NCBI GenBank assembly: GCA_038212275.1
Contig: JBBQUR010000026.1
Span: 1-61,125 of the forward strand
Direction: 5' to 3'
DNA length: 61,125 nt
Source: Planctomycetota bacterium
Lineage (GTDB): Bacteria; Planctomycetota; B15-G4
Shown here: in pieces, positions 1 to 9,885 of the stretch
Position numbering within the stretch: position 1 is the first letter of the stretch
How the letters are laid out: every line of letters begins with the position of its first letter
Notes under the pieces: model-generated
Told to the model about the DNA's origin: nothing
The model's input: the letters and a program-made list of their open reading frames with translations, nothing else
The model's database searches: none
Program-made: the position numbers and the translations under genes

Positions 1-237
1 CAGAAACTCGGGCCGGCACCGCGCGCCGGCGCCTATCGGGGGGGTCCGCACGACCCCCCCCCCCCCCCCCGCCAGCCTTGTTTTTTTGTGGCACTGCCAA
101 AAAAACACACGAGCCGCCACACGGGCGGCGGCACGAGTTCCCGGACGACCGCCCTCGGCGGCAAACAGCTCGCGGGACCACGCCGCCTGCGCGACGATTC
201 CGCGCGCGGTCGGCCCGCTGCATGTCACGATGCCCGC

Positions 238-2070
238 ATGGGACTCTTCCGACGCCGCGCCCGACCCGCCGCTGCTCCCGGCGGCAGGACGCCCGGGCCG
301 CCCGGCCCGGGTGCAGCGCAGCGCGACGGGTCGGAGCTGTCGCCCGAAGAGGTCGTCGCCGGCTACCACGAGCGCACCAAGCACCACGGGCACCGCTTCG
401 CAGCGTCTGCCGGATTCCTCGACTGGGACAACCAGCCCGATCCCTTCCGGCGCCATGAGGGCGCACCGCTGCATCTGCTCCCGCGCCCCGCCACCGACGG
501 CACGCCGCCCTACGAAGAGATGTTCGTCCCCGGCTCGGTGCCCGCGCGCCGGCTGGAGCTTTCCGCACTCTCCGAGTTCTTCTACTGGTCGCTGGCGCTC
601 TCGGCCTGGAAGCGCGCCGGCGAGGCGCACTGGGCCCTGCGCGTGAACCCGAGCAGCGGCAACCTGCACCCGACCGAAGGCTGGGCGCTGCTGCCGGCGC
701 TGGACGGCCTGGCCGGCACGCCGGGCCTGTACCACTACCAGCCGAAGGAACACGCGCTGGCGGCGCGCGCTGCCTGGCGCGCCGAGGACTGGGCCGCCCT
801 CTCGGACGCTGCTGTCCTCGCAACCGATCCCGGCGCGACGGGCGGCCCACACGTGCCCCGCGCTGCCGGGCCGTGCTTCTTCGTGGCCCTCTCGTCCATC
901 CCGTGGCGCGAAAGCTGGAAGTACGGCGAGCGCGCGTGGCGCTACTGCCAGCACGATGTCGGACACGCGCTCGCAGCGCTCGCCTGCTCTGCCGCGCTGC
1001 TGGGCTGGCGCGTGCGCTCGCTGCCCGCCGTGGCGGACGCCTCACTTGCCACGCTGCTCGGCCTCGATCGCGACGACGGCAGCCACCCGCAGGAGCCCGA
1101 GCACCCCGACCTGCTCGCGCTGGTGGAGTGCGCGCCGAGTGGCGACACGCCGACAGGGACTCCCGCTCCCGAGGCCATGACCCGCCTCGCGCGACACGCG
1201 ACGTGGGCGGGCCGCGCCAACCTCTGCAGTCCCGAGCACCGCGAGTGGGAGGTCATCGATCTCGTCGAAGCCGCAACCCGCAAGGACACGGCGTGGTGCG
1301 CCGCGACGACGCTCGGGGCCGCCACGTCGGAGACCATCGCCCCTGCGTCGCCCGATTCTTGCGCACCTGCGCCCGCACTGGCCGCCGTCCGGACGGCGGG
1401 CGCCGTCATCCGCGCGCGGCGCAGCGCGGTGTCGCTCGACGGCCACACCGGTCTCACGGCGGAGGGCTTCACCGGCATCCTCGCACGCCTCATGCCGGGC
1501 GCCTTCCCGCAACCCTGGGCTGCTCTCGCCGCGCCGCCGCTGGTGGACCTGCTGCTCTTCGTGCACCGCGTACGCGACGTGGAGCCAGGCCTTCATGCGC
1601 TGGTGCGGGACCCGTCGCGCGCCGAGGCATTGCGCGCCGCGCTGTCGCCCGACTTCCTCTGGACGCCGGTGCCCGCCGCCCCTCCCGGGCTTCCGCTGTT
1701 CCTGCTGCGGACGGGCAACGCGCAGTCGCTGGCCACGTCCGTGAGCTGCGGCCAGGATATCGCGGGTCGCGGGGCCTTCAGCCTCGGCATGCTCGCGAGT
1801 TTCGCGCCGGCACTCGAGCGGCACGGCGCACCGGTCTACCGACACCTGTTCTGGGAAACAGGCTTCCTCGGGCAACTCCTGTACCTGGAGGCCGAGGCAC
1901 TCGGCATCGCAGGCACCGGCATCGGCTGCTTCTTCGATGACGCGGTGCACCAGGTGGCCGGTCTGCGCGACAAGAGCGTGCAGAGCCTGTACCACTTCAC
2001 CGTCGGGGGCCCGATCGTGGACGAGCGCCTGACCACGGAACCCGCCTACGAGGGTCCGGGCGTGCCCTGA
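238..2070 (+). CDS. SagB/ThcOx-family nitroreductase-like dehydrogenase (two nitroreductase domains)
   Basis: Motifs YHERTKH..LDWDNQPDPFRR, LRVNPSSGNLHPTE, WRESWKYGERAWRYCQHDVGHA, GIGCFFDD. Start moved from ORF-track 88 to in-frame ATG 238; start uncertain. Confidence 0.85.
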   Translation: MGLFRRRARPAAAPGGRTPGPPGPGAAQRDGSELSPEEVVAGYHERTKHHGHRFAASAGFLDWDNQPDPFRRHEGAPLHLLPRPATDGTPPYEEMFVPGSVPARRLELSALSEFFYWSLALSAWKRAGEAHWALRVNPSSGNLHPTEGWALLPALDGLAGTPGLYHYQPKEHALAARAAWRAEDWAALSDAAVLATDPGATGGPHVPRAAGPCFFVALSSIPWRESWKYGERAWRYCQHDVGHALAALACSAALLGWRVRSLPAVADASLATLLGLDRDDGSHPQEPEHPDLLALVECAPSGDTPTGTPAPEAMTRLARHATWAGRANLCSPEHREWEVIDLVEAATRKDTAWCAATTLGAATSETIAPASPDSCAPAPALAAVRTAGAVIRARRSAVSLDGHTGLTAEGFTGILARLMPGAFPQPWAALAAPPLVDLLLFVHRVRDVEPGLHALVRDPSRAEALRAALSPDFLWTPVPAAPPGLPLFLLRTGNAQSLATSVSCGQDIAGRGAFSLGMLASFAPALERHGAPVYRHLFWETGFLGQLLYLEAEALGIAGTGIGCFFDDAVHQVAGLRDKSVQSLYHFTVGGPIVDERLTTEPAYEGPGVP

Positions 2071-2163
2071 GCTCAGGCAGGGCGCGCCGCCCGCGCGGGA
2101 GACGCGCCCGCTGCCTGCTAGCATGGCCGGTCCGACGCACTCTTCCCGGGCAACAGGTGTCCC

Positions 2164-2976
2164 ATGCCTCCCGCTGATCGCACGCTGCGCCTTGCGCGAC
2201 CACTGGTCGTGTTCGATCTCGAGACCACCGGCCTCGATCCCGCCCAGGACCGCATCGTCGAGATCGCGTGCGTCACGCTGCTCCCCGACGGCTCGCGCCA
2301 GGACTGGTGTCGCCGCGTGAACCCGGGCCGCCCCATCGACCCGGCGGCGACCGCAGTGCACGGCATCCGCGACGAAGACGTCGCCGCCGAGCCGGACTTC
2401 GAGCAGCTCGCGAAGCAGGTGCAGGCGCGCTTCGCAGGCGCCGACATCGCGGGCTTCAACGTGCTGGGCTTCGACCTGGCGCTGCTCGCCAACGAGTTCC
2501 GCCGCGCGGGCCTGCCCTTCCCCGCCGAGGGCACGGCCATCGTCGATGCGCTGAAGATCTTCCAGCAGCGCGAGCGACGCGACCTGAGCGCGGCCGTCGC
2601 GCTCTACTGTGGCCGCGAGCACAAGGGCGCGCACGGCGCGCTGGCCGATGCCGCGGCGACCGCCGACGTCCTGCTGGGGCAGTTGCGCCACTACGCCGAC
2701 CTGCCCACCGACGTGCCGGCGCTGCACGCGGTGTGCGTCGGCAGCGACGCGGTCGACAAGCAGGGCAAGCTCATGTGGTTGCAAGGCGAGGCCTCCTTCA
2801 CCTTCGGCAAGCACAAGGGCCGCACGCTGCGCGCCGCCATCGCCCAGGACCGCTCCTACATCCAGTGGATGCTCAAAGGCGACTTCCCGGCGGAGCTGCA
2901 GGGCATCCTGCGAGAGGCCCTCGACGGCCGCTTCCCGCAGCGCACCGGAAGGGCCGGGCTGTCGGCCGAAGCGTGA
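2164..2976 (+). CDS. DEDDh 3'-5' exonuclease (DnaQ/Pol III epsilon-like) with C-terminal FGKHKG domain
   Basis: ExoI VFDLETTGL, ExoII GFNVLGFD, ExoIII HGALADA; C-terminal FTFGKHKG..YIQWML. Confidence 0.9.
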   Translation: MPPADRTLRLARPLVVFDLETTGLDPAQDRIVEIACVTLLPDGSRQDWCRRVNPGRPIDPAATAVHGIRDEDVAAEPDFEQLAKQVQARFAGADIAGFNVLGFDLALLANEFRRAGLPFPAEGTAIVDALKIFQQRERRDLSAAVALYCGREHKGAHGALADAAATADVLLGQLRHYADLPTDVPALHAVCVGSDAVDKQGKLMWLQGEASFTFGKHKGRTLRAAIAQDRSYIQWMLKGDFPAELQGILREALDGRFPQRTGRAGLSAEA

Positions 2977-3007
2977 CGGCCTGAGAGTCGGCGGCTGCCG
3001 ACAAGCC

Positions 3008-3176
3008 CCTGCCAGGTCCTGCCCGGTCCTGCCCGGTCTGCCTAAGTCCTGCCTAAGTCCTGCCTAAGTCCTGCCTGAGTCGTGCCTGAGTCCTGCCTGA
3101 GTCGTGCCTGAGTCCTGCCTGAGTCCTGCCTGAGTCCTGCCTGAGTCCTGCCTGAGTCGTGCCTGAGTCGTGCCTG
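3008..3176. repeat. Intergenic tandem repeat, 11-bp unit C(C/G)TGCCT(G/A)AGT
   Basis: Eleven full 11-bp units at 3048-3168 plus a partial unit, preceded by four degenerate 10-bp units at 3008-3047. Confidence 0.95.
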
Positions 3177-3333
3177 GGGGGCGACGGGTCGCAGCCTCAC
3201 AATTGATGGCGGACGGATGTCACCGTCTCGCGCATCCCGGGATAGCATCGCTGTTCGAGAGCGACGGCGCCCGCGCCGGGACGTGGGACGCAGAACCGGG
3301 CGCCGCCGTCCAACACCAGCCACGCGCGAGGAG

Positions 3334-3915
3334 ATGCCGATGAACGACTCGTCCTCGTCGCCGCTCGCGCAGCGCCTCGCCGCTCCGCTGCGCTGGACGC
3401 CGCTGGTGGCCGTCACCACCGCCTGCCTCGCCATGCTGGCCCTCGCGGACCGCAGCGCCGGGACCGAGCAGGTCGATGTTCCCGTCGTCGCCGCAGCCGT
3501 CGACCACGCGGCCGCGGACCCGATCCACGACCCGGCCGCGCGTCTCGGCGCGCTGCTGCAGCCGCTCTCGCTGCAGGGCGCGCAGGACCTGGGCCTGATC
3601 GAAGGCACCGCGCTGACTGTCCTGCGGGTGCAAGCCGATTCACAGGCCGCGCGCGCCGGACTCCAGGAGTACGACGTGATCACGGCCATTGCCGGCGCCG
3701 TCGGCCCGGGCACCGCGGCCGGCCCCACGACCAACGCCACGTGGGACGCCCTCTGTGCAGCGCTCGACGAGCGCGCCACAGGCGGCACGCTGGACTTCTT
3801 CGTGCGCCGCGACGGCCGCACGCGCATCGTGCACGTGCAGGTCGACGCGCTGGGCGAGGCCGCCCGCAGCAACGTGGCCGAAGCCGCGAAACTGCCTCAG
3901 ACCGCCTGCGTCTGA
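3334..3915 (+). CDS. Exported PDZ-domain protein
   Basis: Hydrophobic N-terminal segment; PDZ-like VLRVQADSQAARAGLQEYDVITAI and VRRDG; GAGGAG precedes ATGs at 3334/3340. Confidence 0.7.
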   Translation: MPMNDSSSSPLAQRLAAPLRWTPLVAVTTACLAMLALADRSAGTEQVDVPVVAAAVDHAAADPIHDPAARLGALLQPLSLQGAQDLGLIEGTALTVLRVQADSQAARAGLQEYDVITAIAGAVGPGTAAGPTTNATWDALCAALDERATGGTLDFFVRRDGRTRIVHVQVDALGEAARSNVAEAAKLPQTACV

Positions 3916-5690
3916 GGCTCCGGCTCGCCGTCCGCGCCGGCGCCCTGCTTCGCCTTGCGCCGCTGCTGCAGCTTGGTGCGCAGCAGCTGGTCGAGCTGCG
4001 TCGCCTCCTTGCCGGTGAACAGGCTGCGGACCACATGCACGAAGCGCCACGGCCGCGACAGGTAGGCCGTGCCGTAGAAGGCGAGCAGCAGGATGTACTG
4101 CGTGATGATCAGCTGCTTCGTGCTCATCACCGGGTTGTAGGTCTTGCTCGAGAAGCCCGAGCGGGCCAGTGCAAGGTAGTGGTAGTCCTCGTCCATCGAC
4201 ACCTTGCCGGCGGCGAGCAGCTCGCGGAAGTCCGCGCTGCCGGGATACGGCGCGAAGATCATCACGGCCGCGTCGTCGCAACCCGTCCACGCCGCCTTCA
4301 CCAGGAACTTCCAGCTCTTGCGGATGTCCGACCACTCTTCCTTCGGGTGGCCGATGATGATGTTCACGCGCGTGACGAGCCCCGCCTTGTGCGCCGCGCG
4401 CAGCGAGCCGAGCATGCGCGGCAGCAGCACGTTCTTGCGGATGACCTTGAGCATGCGCTCGCTGCCGTTCTCCGGCGCGTAGGTGATGTTGCGGCAGCCC
4501 GTGTCGTACAGCAGCGCGACGACCTCTTCGTCCAGCACCTCGGTGCGCGTGCCCGTCGGAAGCTGCCAGGTCAGGTCCGGCACTTCGGCCTTCAGCAGCC
4601 CGCAGAACTCGACGATCCAGTCGCGGCGCACGATGGCCGTGAGGTCGCAGAAGTTCACGTTGTCGATGCGGTAGCGCGCGATGTAGTCCTTGATCTCGTC
4701 CACGACCTCGCGCGGATCGCGCGTGACGTACTTCGTGGTCCACATGTCGGGCGACGAGCAGAAGGTGCAGCGGTACGGGCAGCCGCGCGTGGAGAGCAGC
4801 GGCATCGAGCGCCCGCGGTTCACGCCGTGATTGTCGGCGTGCGCCATGTAGCGCTCCACCGGGAAGTACTCCCACGCGGGACGCGGCAGCGCCTCCAGAT
4901 CCGTGGTGCGACGCGAGAGCACCGGAGCGGCGGCCGGTGCTGCAGCCGTCGCAACGGCCGTTGCAACGGCCGAGGTGACGGCCGAGGCGATGGTCGGCGC
5001 GGTGCGTGCCGGCGTGTCGAGCAGCGCGGTGCCTGCCCCTGGCGTCGCGGCGCGCGCGGTGAGCTGGCGATCCTCGGCGTCGAAGGCGTCACGCGCCTCG
5101 GCGCGGTCGAGCACCTGCGCCCGCGGGGCCAGCTCCGTGTGCGTGCCGCGGCTGGCCACTCCGGCAAGCCCGGCGACGTCCTCACCGTTGGCGAGTCGCT
5201 CACACAGCGCGCGCATCGTCAGCTCGCCTTCGCCCAGCACGCAATGATCCACGACATCCGTCTCGCGGAAGATCCACGGCCAGTAGGAGGTGGCGTTCTC
5301 GCCGCCGAGCACGACGACGAGGCCGGGAATGGCGGCTTTCGCGCGCTCCGCGATCTCGCGGATCATCGGCCACTCGTGCAGGAACATGTGCGTGATGCCC
5401 AGCACCTGCGTGGCCGGGTCGAGTTTCGCGACGATCTGTGCGGGCGAGAGACCGCTCATCTGCAGCGGGCCGATCGGGCTGTCGACGTCGAGCGCGGCCG
5501 ACATCGCCTCGCCCGGCGCGTCGATGACCTGCAGCTCGTGTCCCGCGTCGCGCAGCACCGCCGCCACGTAGGCGAGGCCGATGGGAAGGATGGCGCCGTA
5601 CGCGGAGAGGCTGGCGCGCAACTGCAGCACGGGCGGACGCACCAGCGCGATGCGCAAGGGACGGACCGGCGCCGACATCGAATCGCTCAT
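3897..5690 (-). CDS. B12-binding domain radical SAM protein
   Basis: N-terminal PIGLAYVAAVL..GGENAT..GEGE cobalamin-binding domain; STRGCPYRCTFC (CxxxCxxC); SD GAAGGAG before ATG 5690. Confidence 0.9.
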   Translation of the reverse strand: MSDSMSAPVRPLRIALVRPPVLQLRASLSAYGAILPIGLAYVAAVLRDAGHELQVIDAPGEAMSAALDVDSPIGPLQMSGLSPAQIVAKLDPATQVLGITHMFLHEWPMIREIAERAKAAIPGLVVVLGGENATSYWPWIFRETDVVDHCVLGEGELTMRALCERLANGEDVAGLAGVASRGTHTELAPRAQVLDRAEARDAFDAEDRQLTARAATPGAGTALLDTPARTAPTIASAVTSAVATAVATAAAPAAAPVLSRRTTDLEALPRPAWEYFPVERYMAHADNHGVNRGRSMPLLSTRGCPYRCTFCSSPDMWTTKYVTRDPREVVDEIKDYIARYRIDNVNFCDLTAIVRRDWIVEFCGLLKAEVPDLTWQLPTGTRTEVLDEEVVALLYDTGCRNITYAPENGSERMLKVIRKNVLLPRMLGSLRAAHKAGLVTRVNIIIGHPKEEWSDIRKSWKFLVKAAWTGCDDAAVMIFAPYPGSADFRELLAAGKVSMDEDYHYLALARSGFSSKTYNPVMSTKQLIITQYILLLAFYGTAYLSRPWRFVHVVRSLFTGKEATQLDQLLRTKLQQRRKAKQGAGADGEPEPQTQAV

Positions 5691-5764
5691 CGGCTCCTTC
5701 CGGCTCCATCCACAGGGCGTCCAGCTCGCTGCCGCGCCGACGGACGCCTGCACGTCAGCACGCG

Positions 5765-6274
5765 TCAGACTAACGGCGCGACCCCGGGCAGTTCCAGCGC
5801 ATAGAAGCGGTTGCAGCCGTAATGCCCGGTGCAGCCTTCCGGACTGCGCTGTGGCTTGAAGCCGACGAACTCGTAGAGCCGCCGCGCCGCGCCCATCTCG
5901 TCGAGCGTTTCGAGATAGACGCGCGAATAGCCGAGCAGGCGTGCCGTGGTCAGGCACTGGCGCAGCATGGCGAGGCCGAGCCCGCGCCCGCGGGCCTCCG
6001 GCAGGAAATACATCTTGCGCAGCTCGCAGGTGCGCCCGTCGCCTCCTGCCAGCGGCGCGACCCCGGCGCCGCCGACGACGCGCCCGCCTTCCTCCCAGAC
6101 GAAGTAGGCCTGCCCGCGCCCGCTGTAGGCAGACGACATCTCGTCCACCTCGGCGTCGTGAATCGCGAAGCCCGGACCGCTTGCTCCGAAGACCGTCATC
6201 ACGTGGCGGATGATGGCGGCCATGGCCGCGTCGTCGCGCCGCTCGATGGGCCTGAGATGGGGCTTGCCGGACAT
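5765..6274 (-). CDS. GNAT N-acetyltransferase (YjgM-like)
   Basis: CELRKMYFLPEARGRGLG acetyl-CoA binding motif; YLET..ARRLYEFVGF; TGHYGCNRFY C-terminus. Confidence 0.9.
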   Translation of the reverse strand: MSGKPHLRPIERRDDAAMAAIIRHVMTVFGASGPGFAIHDAEVDEMSSAYSGRGQAYFVWEEGGRVVGGAGVAPLAGGDGRTCELRKMYFLPEARGRGLGLAMLRQCLTTARLLGYSRVYLETLDEMGAARRLYEFVGFKPQRSPEGCTGHYGCNRFYALELPGVAPLV

Positions 6275-6480
6275 GACCAAGGTTCTACCGCGGCGCGGCG
6301 TCCAGTGCATCGAGCCGGCGACGCACCGATGCTCCATCCGGCAGATCCGCGAGCAGGAATCCCGCAGGGAGGTTCGTGGCCTCGCCCGCGTCGGGCGGCT
6401 GTCCGCCGGCAGCTCCGGCCATCCTGACCGCAAGGCACGCCACGCGCAGCGCACGCTTCATGTCACGCCTCCCGACGCAC

Positions 6481-9400
6481 TCACGGGTCGCCCGGGACCT
6501 CGTGCAAGGCATCGGCCTGCAGGAACAACAAGCGGCAGGCGATGAACGCAGGCGAGAGGCCCGTGAGCACTGACAGCGCAGCCCTGTAGTCGCGCATCTG
6601 GGGCGTGTAGCGCGCCACGCGTTCGACAAGCCACGGTTCGATGCCGGCGGCCTTGCGGCCCGGCGAGCCAGCGTCCCCGCCGACGGCAGCGCAAGCCGAC
6701 GGCGGCGCGTCGGTCTTGAAGTCGATGACCTCCGCGGCGACGGCGCGGCCCTCGTGCCGCCAGATCACCACGCGGTCGAAGGCGCCGCGCAGCAGCTCGC
6801 CCGCGCGCGGCGACACCGCGAAGCGCCGTTCACGCCAGACCGTGGGCAGCGAGTCGAGAGGCATGCCAGGCGGCGCGCAGGCCGGGCGCACGAAGACGGA
6901 CTTCGCCGCCGGCAGGTCGAGCAGCCGCGCGAAGTCCGCGAGCCCGCTCTCCAGCGTCGCCTCGTCGAGCCGCAGGTCGCGCCGCGCCACGAGTTCGCGC
7001 GCCGCCGCCAGCAGCACGTCGCGGGACGGGCCGTGCGACGGGCCATGTGCGGGGCGGCGTCCCGCGTCCCGCGGCGCAGCCCCATCGGCCGTGGCGTCCG
7101 GCAGCCATTCGACTTCCTGACAGAAGCGGTGCAGCAGCAGCCCCCGCTCGAGGGCCGCACGCGGTGGCGCCGCGAGCAGCTCGCGGGCCGTGAAGGCCGC
7201 CGCATGCGCCCCGGACGACGGCGTGCGTGTCCGCGGCAGCCGCTGCCGCGCTGCATCAAAGGCAGCCGACAGCGGGGACGCCGCGACCAGCGGTGCAACG
7301 CCCGGCGCAACGCCAGCGGCGGCATCAGACGCGGCACCCATCCCGCGCGGCGGCCACGCGACGGTCTCGTCGCCCGCCGCGAAGAGCACGCCGTCGGCGT
7401 CCGTTGCAGCGCCCGACGCAGACGCCGGATCCACGAGGCAGTCGCGCAGCAGCTCGCCGAAGCGGCAGCTGCGCTGGCCCGAGCCCTCGCGCCGCGCTTC
7501 GATGAAGAGGTCGAGGCGCACTTTCGCGCGGGTCAGCGCCACGTAGAGCACCGAGAGCTGCTCCTCCATCGCGCGGCGATAGGCGAGGCCGTCCAGCTCC
7601 GCGAGGCGCGGGTCGAGCACGCGCAGTTCCTTCTTCGTGCGCGGCAGAATGGCGGTCACGGGGCCGGCCGCGATCTCGGCGCCGTCGGGCCCGCGCCGGC
7701 TGGAGAGAAAGCGTGATCCGCTGCCCGACGGACGCGGAAGGCCGTAGTCGAGGTCCGGGAGCACGACGGCGTCGTACTCCAGGCCCTTGGCGCCGTGCAC
7801 CGTGAGCACGCGCACCGACGCGCCGCCCGGGTCCTCCACGCGCTGCTCGCGCACCGTCGCCACGAAGTCGTCCACGCGCAGACCGGCGCGGCCGTCGTGC
7901 GCGAAGCCGAGATCCGCGAGCTGCGCGAAGCGCGCGCGATCCCACGCCGAGCAGGTCGGCGCGGCGGCGACGAGCGCGGACCACTCCGTCAGCAGCGCGC
8001 CGAAGCCGTCGCGCTGCAGTCGGACGCGCAGCGCCGTCGCGGCCTGCAGCAGCGGCAGCGCGGCGGGCCGTGCCTCGCGGCCGCCGCGGGATGCCAGCGC
8101 GGGTTCGCAGGCCTGCTCGGGCGTGATGCCGAGCGCCGGCGCCAGCGGCGAGGTCGCGACATGAAAGGCCGCTGCCGTGTCGCCCGGATGATCGACGAGC
8201 GCGAACAGCGACAGCGCGGCCAGCACCGCCGCGGAGTCCGTGAGCTGGTTGCCGCCCTCGCCGCAGGCCGCCACGCCCCGCTCGCGCAGTCCGAGGATGA
8301 GCGGCGCGATGGCCTTGCGGCTGCGCACGAGGATGCCGATGCGCGCGCCCGGCGCCCGCGCGACCAGTTTCGCGACGTGCGCGCACGCCGCGTCGAGCAC
8401 CGCGCGGCGGCGTGACTCGGAGTCCCCGTCCGCATCGTCCGGCAGGCTCACTTCGCGCAGGCTGGCGCAGCCGGCCAGCTCCTGGTCGTGCGCGACGTGG
8501 GCCCGGAAGAGCGCCGTCCAGTGCGTGGCCGCCGTCACGAGCGCCGCCCGGTACGTCTCGTCGTTCACGCCGAAGACGCCCCGCGCCGGCAGGCCCGTGA
8601 AGACGCGGTTCACCACATCCAGCACGACCTGCGCCGAGCGCCGGCTCACGTCCAGCTCTTCGGGCTTGATGCCGGGACGCTTCGACAACGCGAGCAGCAG
8701 CTCCGGCTCGCCGTTGCGCCAGCCGTAGATGGACTGCTTGACGTCGCCCACGCAGAAGAGCGAGCGGCTGCCGTCGCGCGCGGCGAGGCAACTCTCCACG
8801 AGCGGCTGCAGCACGCGCCACTGCGCGACCGACGTGTCCTGGAACTCGTCCAGCAGCAGATGCGACAGGCGGCCCTCGTCGCGCAGGGCGGTGGCCGCGC
8901 CGTCCAGCGCGATGCCGCCGCGCAGCAGGCGCGTCACGTCCGCGAATCCGTAGCAACCACTGCTGCGCTGGCACGCACCGAGCGCCGCGTCGTAGCGCTC
9001 GAGCAGCGCACGGAAGGCGCGGCCGGCCGCCATGAGTCCTGCGAGCAGCACGCCGCGCGCATGCTCCACGAGCGGCTCGAGCGCTGCGCGCAGTTCCGCG
9101 GGGAAGTCGTGCCTCTGGTAGAGCTCGCCGGCGAGCAGAGCGTGACCGAGGCCCTTCGTCAGCATCCCTTCCCAGCGTTCCTCGAAGACGGCCGCGCACA
9201 CCGCCGCCTGCGCCTTGACCCAGTGACCGTTCGGCTTCGCCTTGCTGCCCGTTCCCGACACCGGGACATCGGCATGCTCGAAGCGGCTCAGGGCCGCTTC
9301 CAGCGTCGCCGCGTCGAGGCGCGGCAGCGCCTTCAGCGGCGCCCAGGCCTCGGCGGCGCTGTCGAGCATGAGCTCGTGCCCTTCCTCCACGACGTCCAGC

Positions 9401-9885
9401 AGTGTCTCGTGCACGCGGCGGCCGGCGCCGTCGCTCTGCACCTGGCGCAGCAGCGACGCCAGCTCGCGCGGGGCCGCGTCTTCCAGCGCACGCGACACGG
9501 CCTGCGCGCGCAACGCCGCCAGCTCCGGCTCGGTGCCGAGCCGGAATCCGGGCGGCAGGCCGAGCTCCTGCGCGAAGCGCGTCGCGAGGCGCACGAAGAA
9601 GGCATCCAGCGTCTGCACGCGGCCGTGCGACAGGTCGCGTGCGAAGCTCCCGAGCAGTGCAGGCTCCGCGTCCTCCAGCAGGTGTTCGAGCACGCGCTGC
9701 AGGATCTCTCCGGCGGCCTTGCGCGTGAAGGTCGTCGCGAGCAGCGACGACGTCGGCTGCCCGGCTTCGAGCAGCGCGAGGTAGGCGCGACTGAGCTGCC
9801 AGGTCTTGCCGGAGCCCGCGGAGGCGAGGATGACGCGCGGCGAGGCGGGCGCTGCCGGCACGTTTGTCGCGGAGTCGGCGCTCAT
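6481..9885 (-). CDS. addA: UvrD-family helicase/nuclease, AddA-like
   Basis: ASAGSGKT, TFTRKAAGEI, LLDEFQDT, VGDVKQSIYGWR, TVHGAKGLEY, LYVALTRAK; C-terminal nuclease GAFDRVV..IDFKT..QMRDY. ATG overlaps the upstream stop (TGATG). Confidence 0.85.
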   Translation of the reverse strand: MSADSATNVPAAPASPRVILASAGSGKTWQLSRAYLALLEAGQPTSSLLATTFTRKAAGEILQRVLEHLLEDAEPALLGSFARDLSHGRVQTLDAFFVRLATRFAQELGLPPGFRLGTEPELAALRAQAVSRALEDAAPRELASLLRQVQSDGAGRRVHETLLDVVEEGHELMLDSAAEAWAPLKALPRLDAATLEAALSRFEHADVPVSGTGSKAKPNGHWVKAQAAVCAAVFEERWEGMLTKGLGHALLAGELYQRHDFPAELRAALEPLVEHARGVLLAGLMAAGRAFRALLERYDAALGACQRSSGCYGFADVTRLLRGGIALDGAATALRDEGRLSHLLLDEFQDTSVAQWRVLQPLVESCLAARDGSRSLFCVGDVKQSIYGWRNGEPELLLALSKRPGIKPEELDVSRRSAQVVLDVVNRVFTGLPARGVFGVNDETYRAALVTAATHWTALFRAHVAHDQELAGCASLREVSLPDDADGDSESRRRAVLDAACAHVAKLVARAPGARIGILVRSRKAIAPLILGLRERGVAACGEGGNQLTDSAAVLAALSLFALVDHPGDTAAAFHVATSPLAPALGITPEQACEPALASRGGREARPAALPLLQAATALRVRLQRDGFGALLTEWSALVAAAPTCSAWDRARFAQLADLGFAHDGRAGLRVDDFVATVREQRVEDPGGASVRVLTVHGAKGLEYDAVVLPDLDYGLPRPSGSGSRFLSSRRGPDGAEIAAGPVTAILPRTKKELRVLDPRLAELDGLAYRRAMEEQLSVLYVALTRAKVRLDLFIEARREGSGQRSCRFGELLRDCLVDPASASGAATDADGVLFAAGDETVAWPPRGMGAASDAAAGVAPGVAPLVAASPLSAAFDAARQRLPRTRTPSSGAHAAAFTARELLAAPPRAALERGLLLHRFCQEVEWLPDATADGAAPRDAGRRPAHGPSHGPSRDVLLAAARELVARRDLRLDEATLESGLADFARLLDLPAAKSVFVRPACAPPGMPLDSLPTVWRERRFAVSPRAGELLRGAFDRVVIWRHEGRAVAAEVIDFKTDAPPSACAAVGGDAGSPGRKAAGIEPWLVERVARYTPQMRDYRAALSVLTGLSPAFIACRLLFLQADALHEVPGDP

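Noticed and set aside
3008..3176. 11-bp repeat array as a CRISPR array or as coding (ORF 3042-3872 minus)
   Set aside because: Units are contiguous with no unique spacers; the ORF is antisense to the PDZ gene and only translates the repeat.
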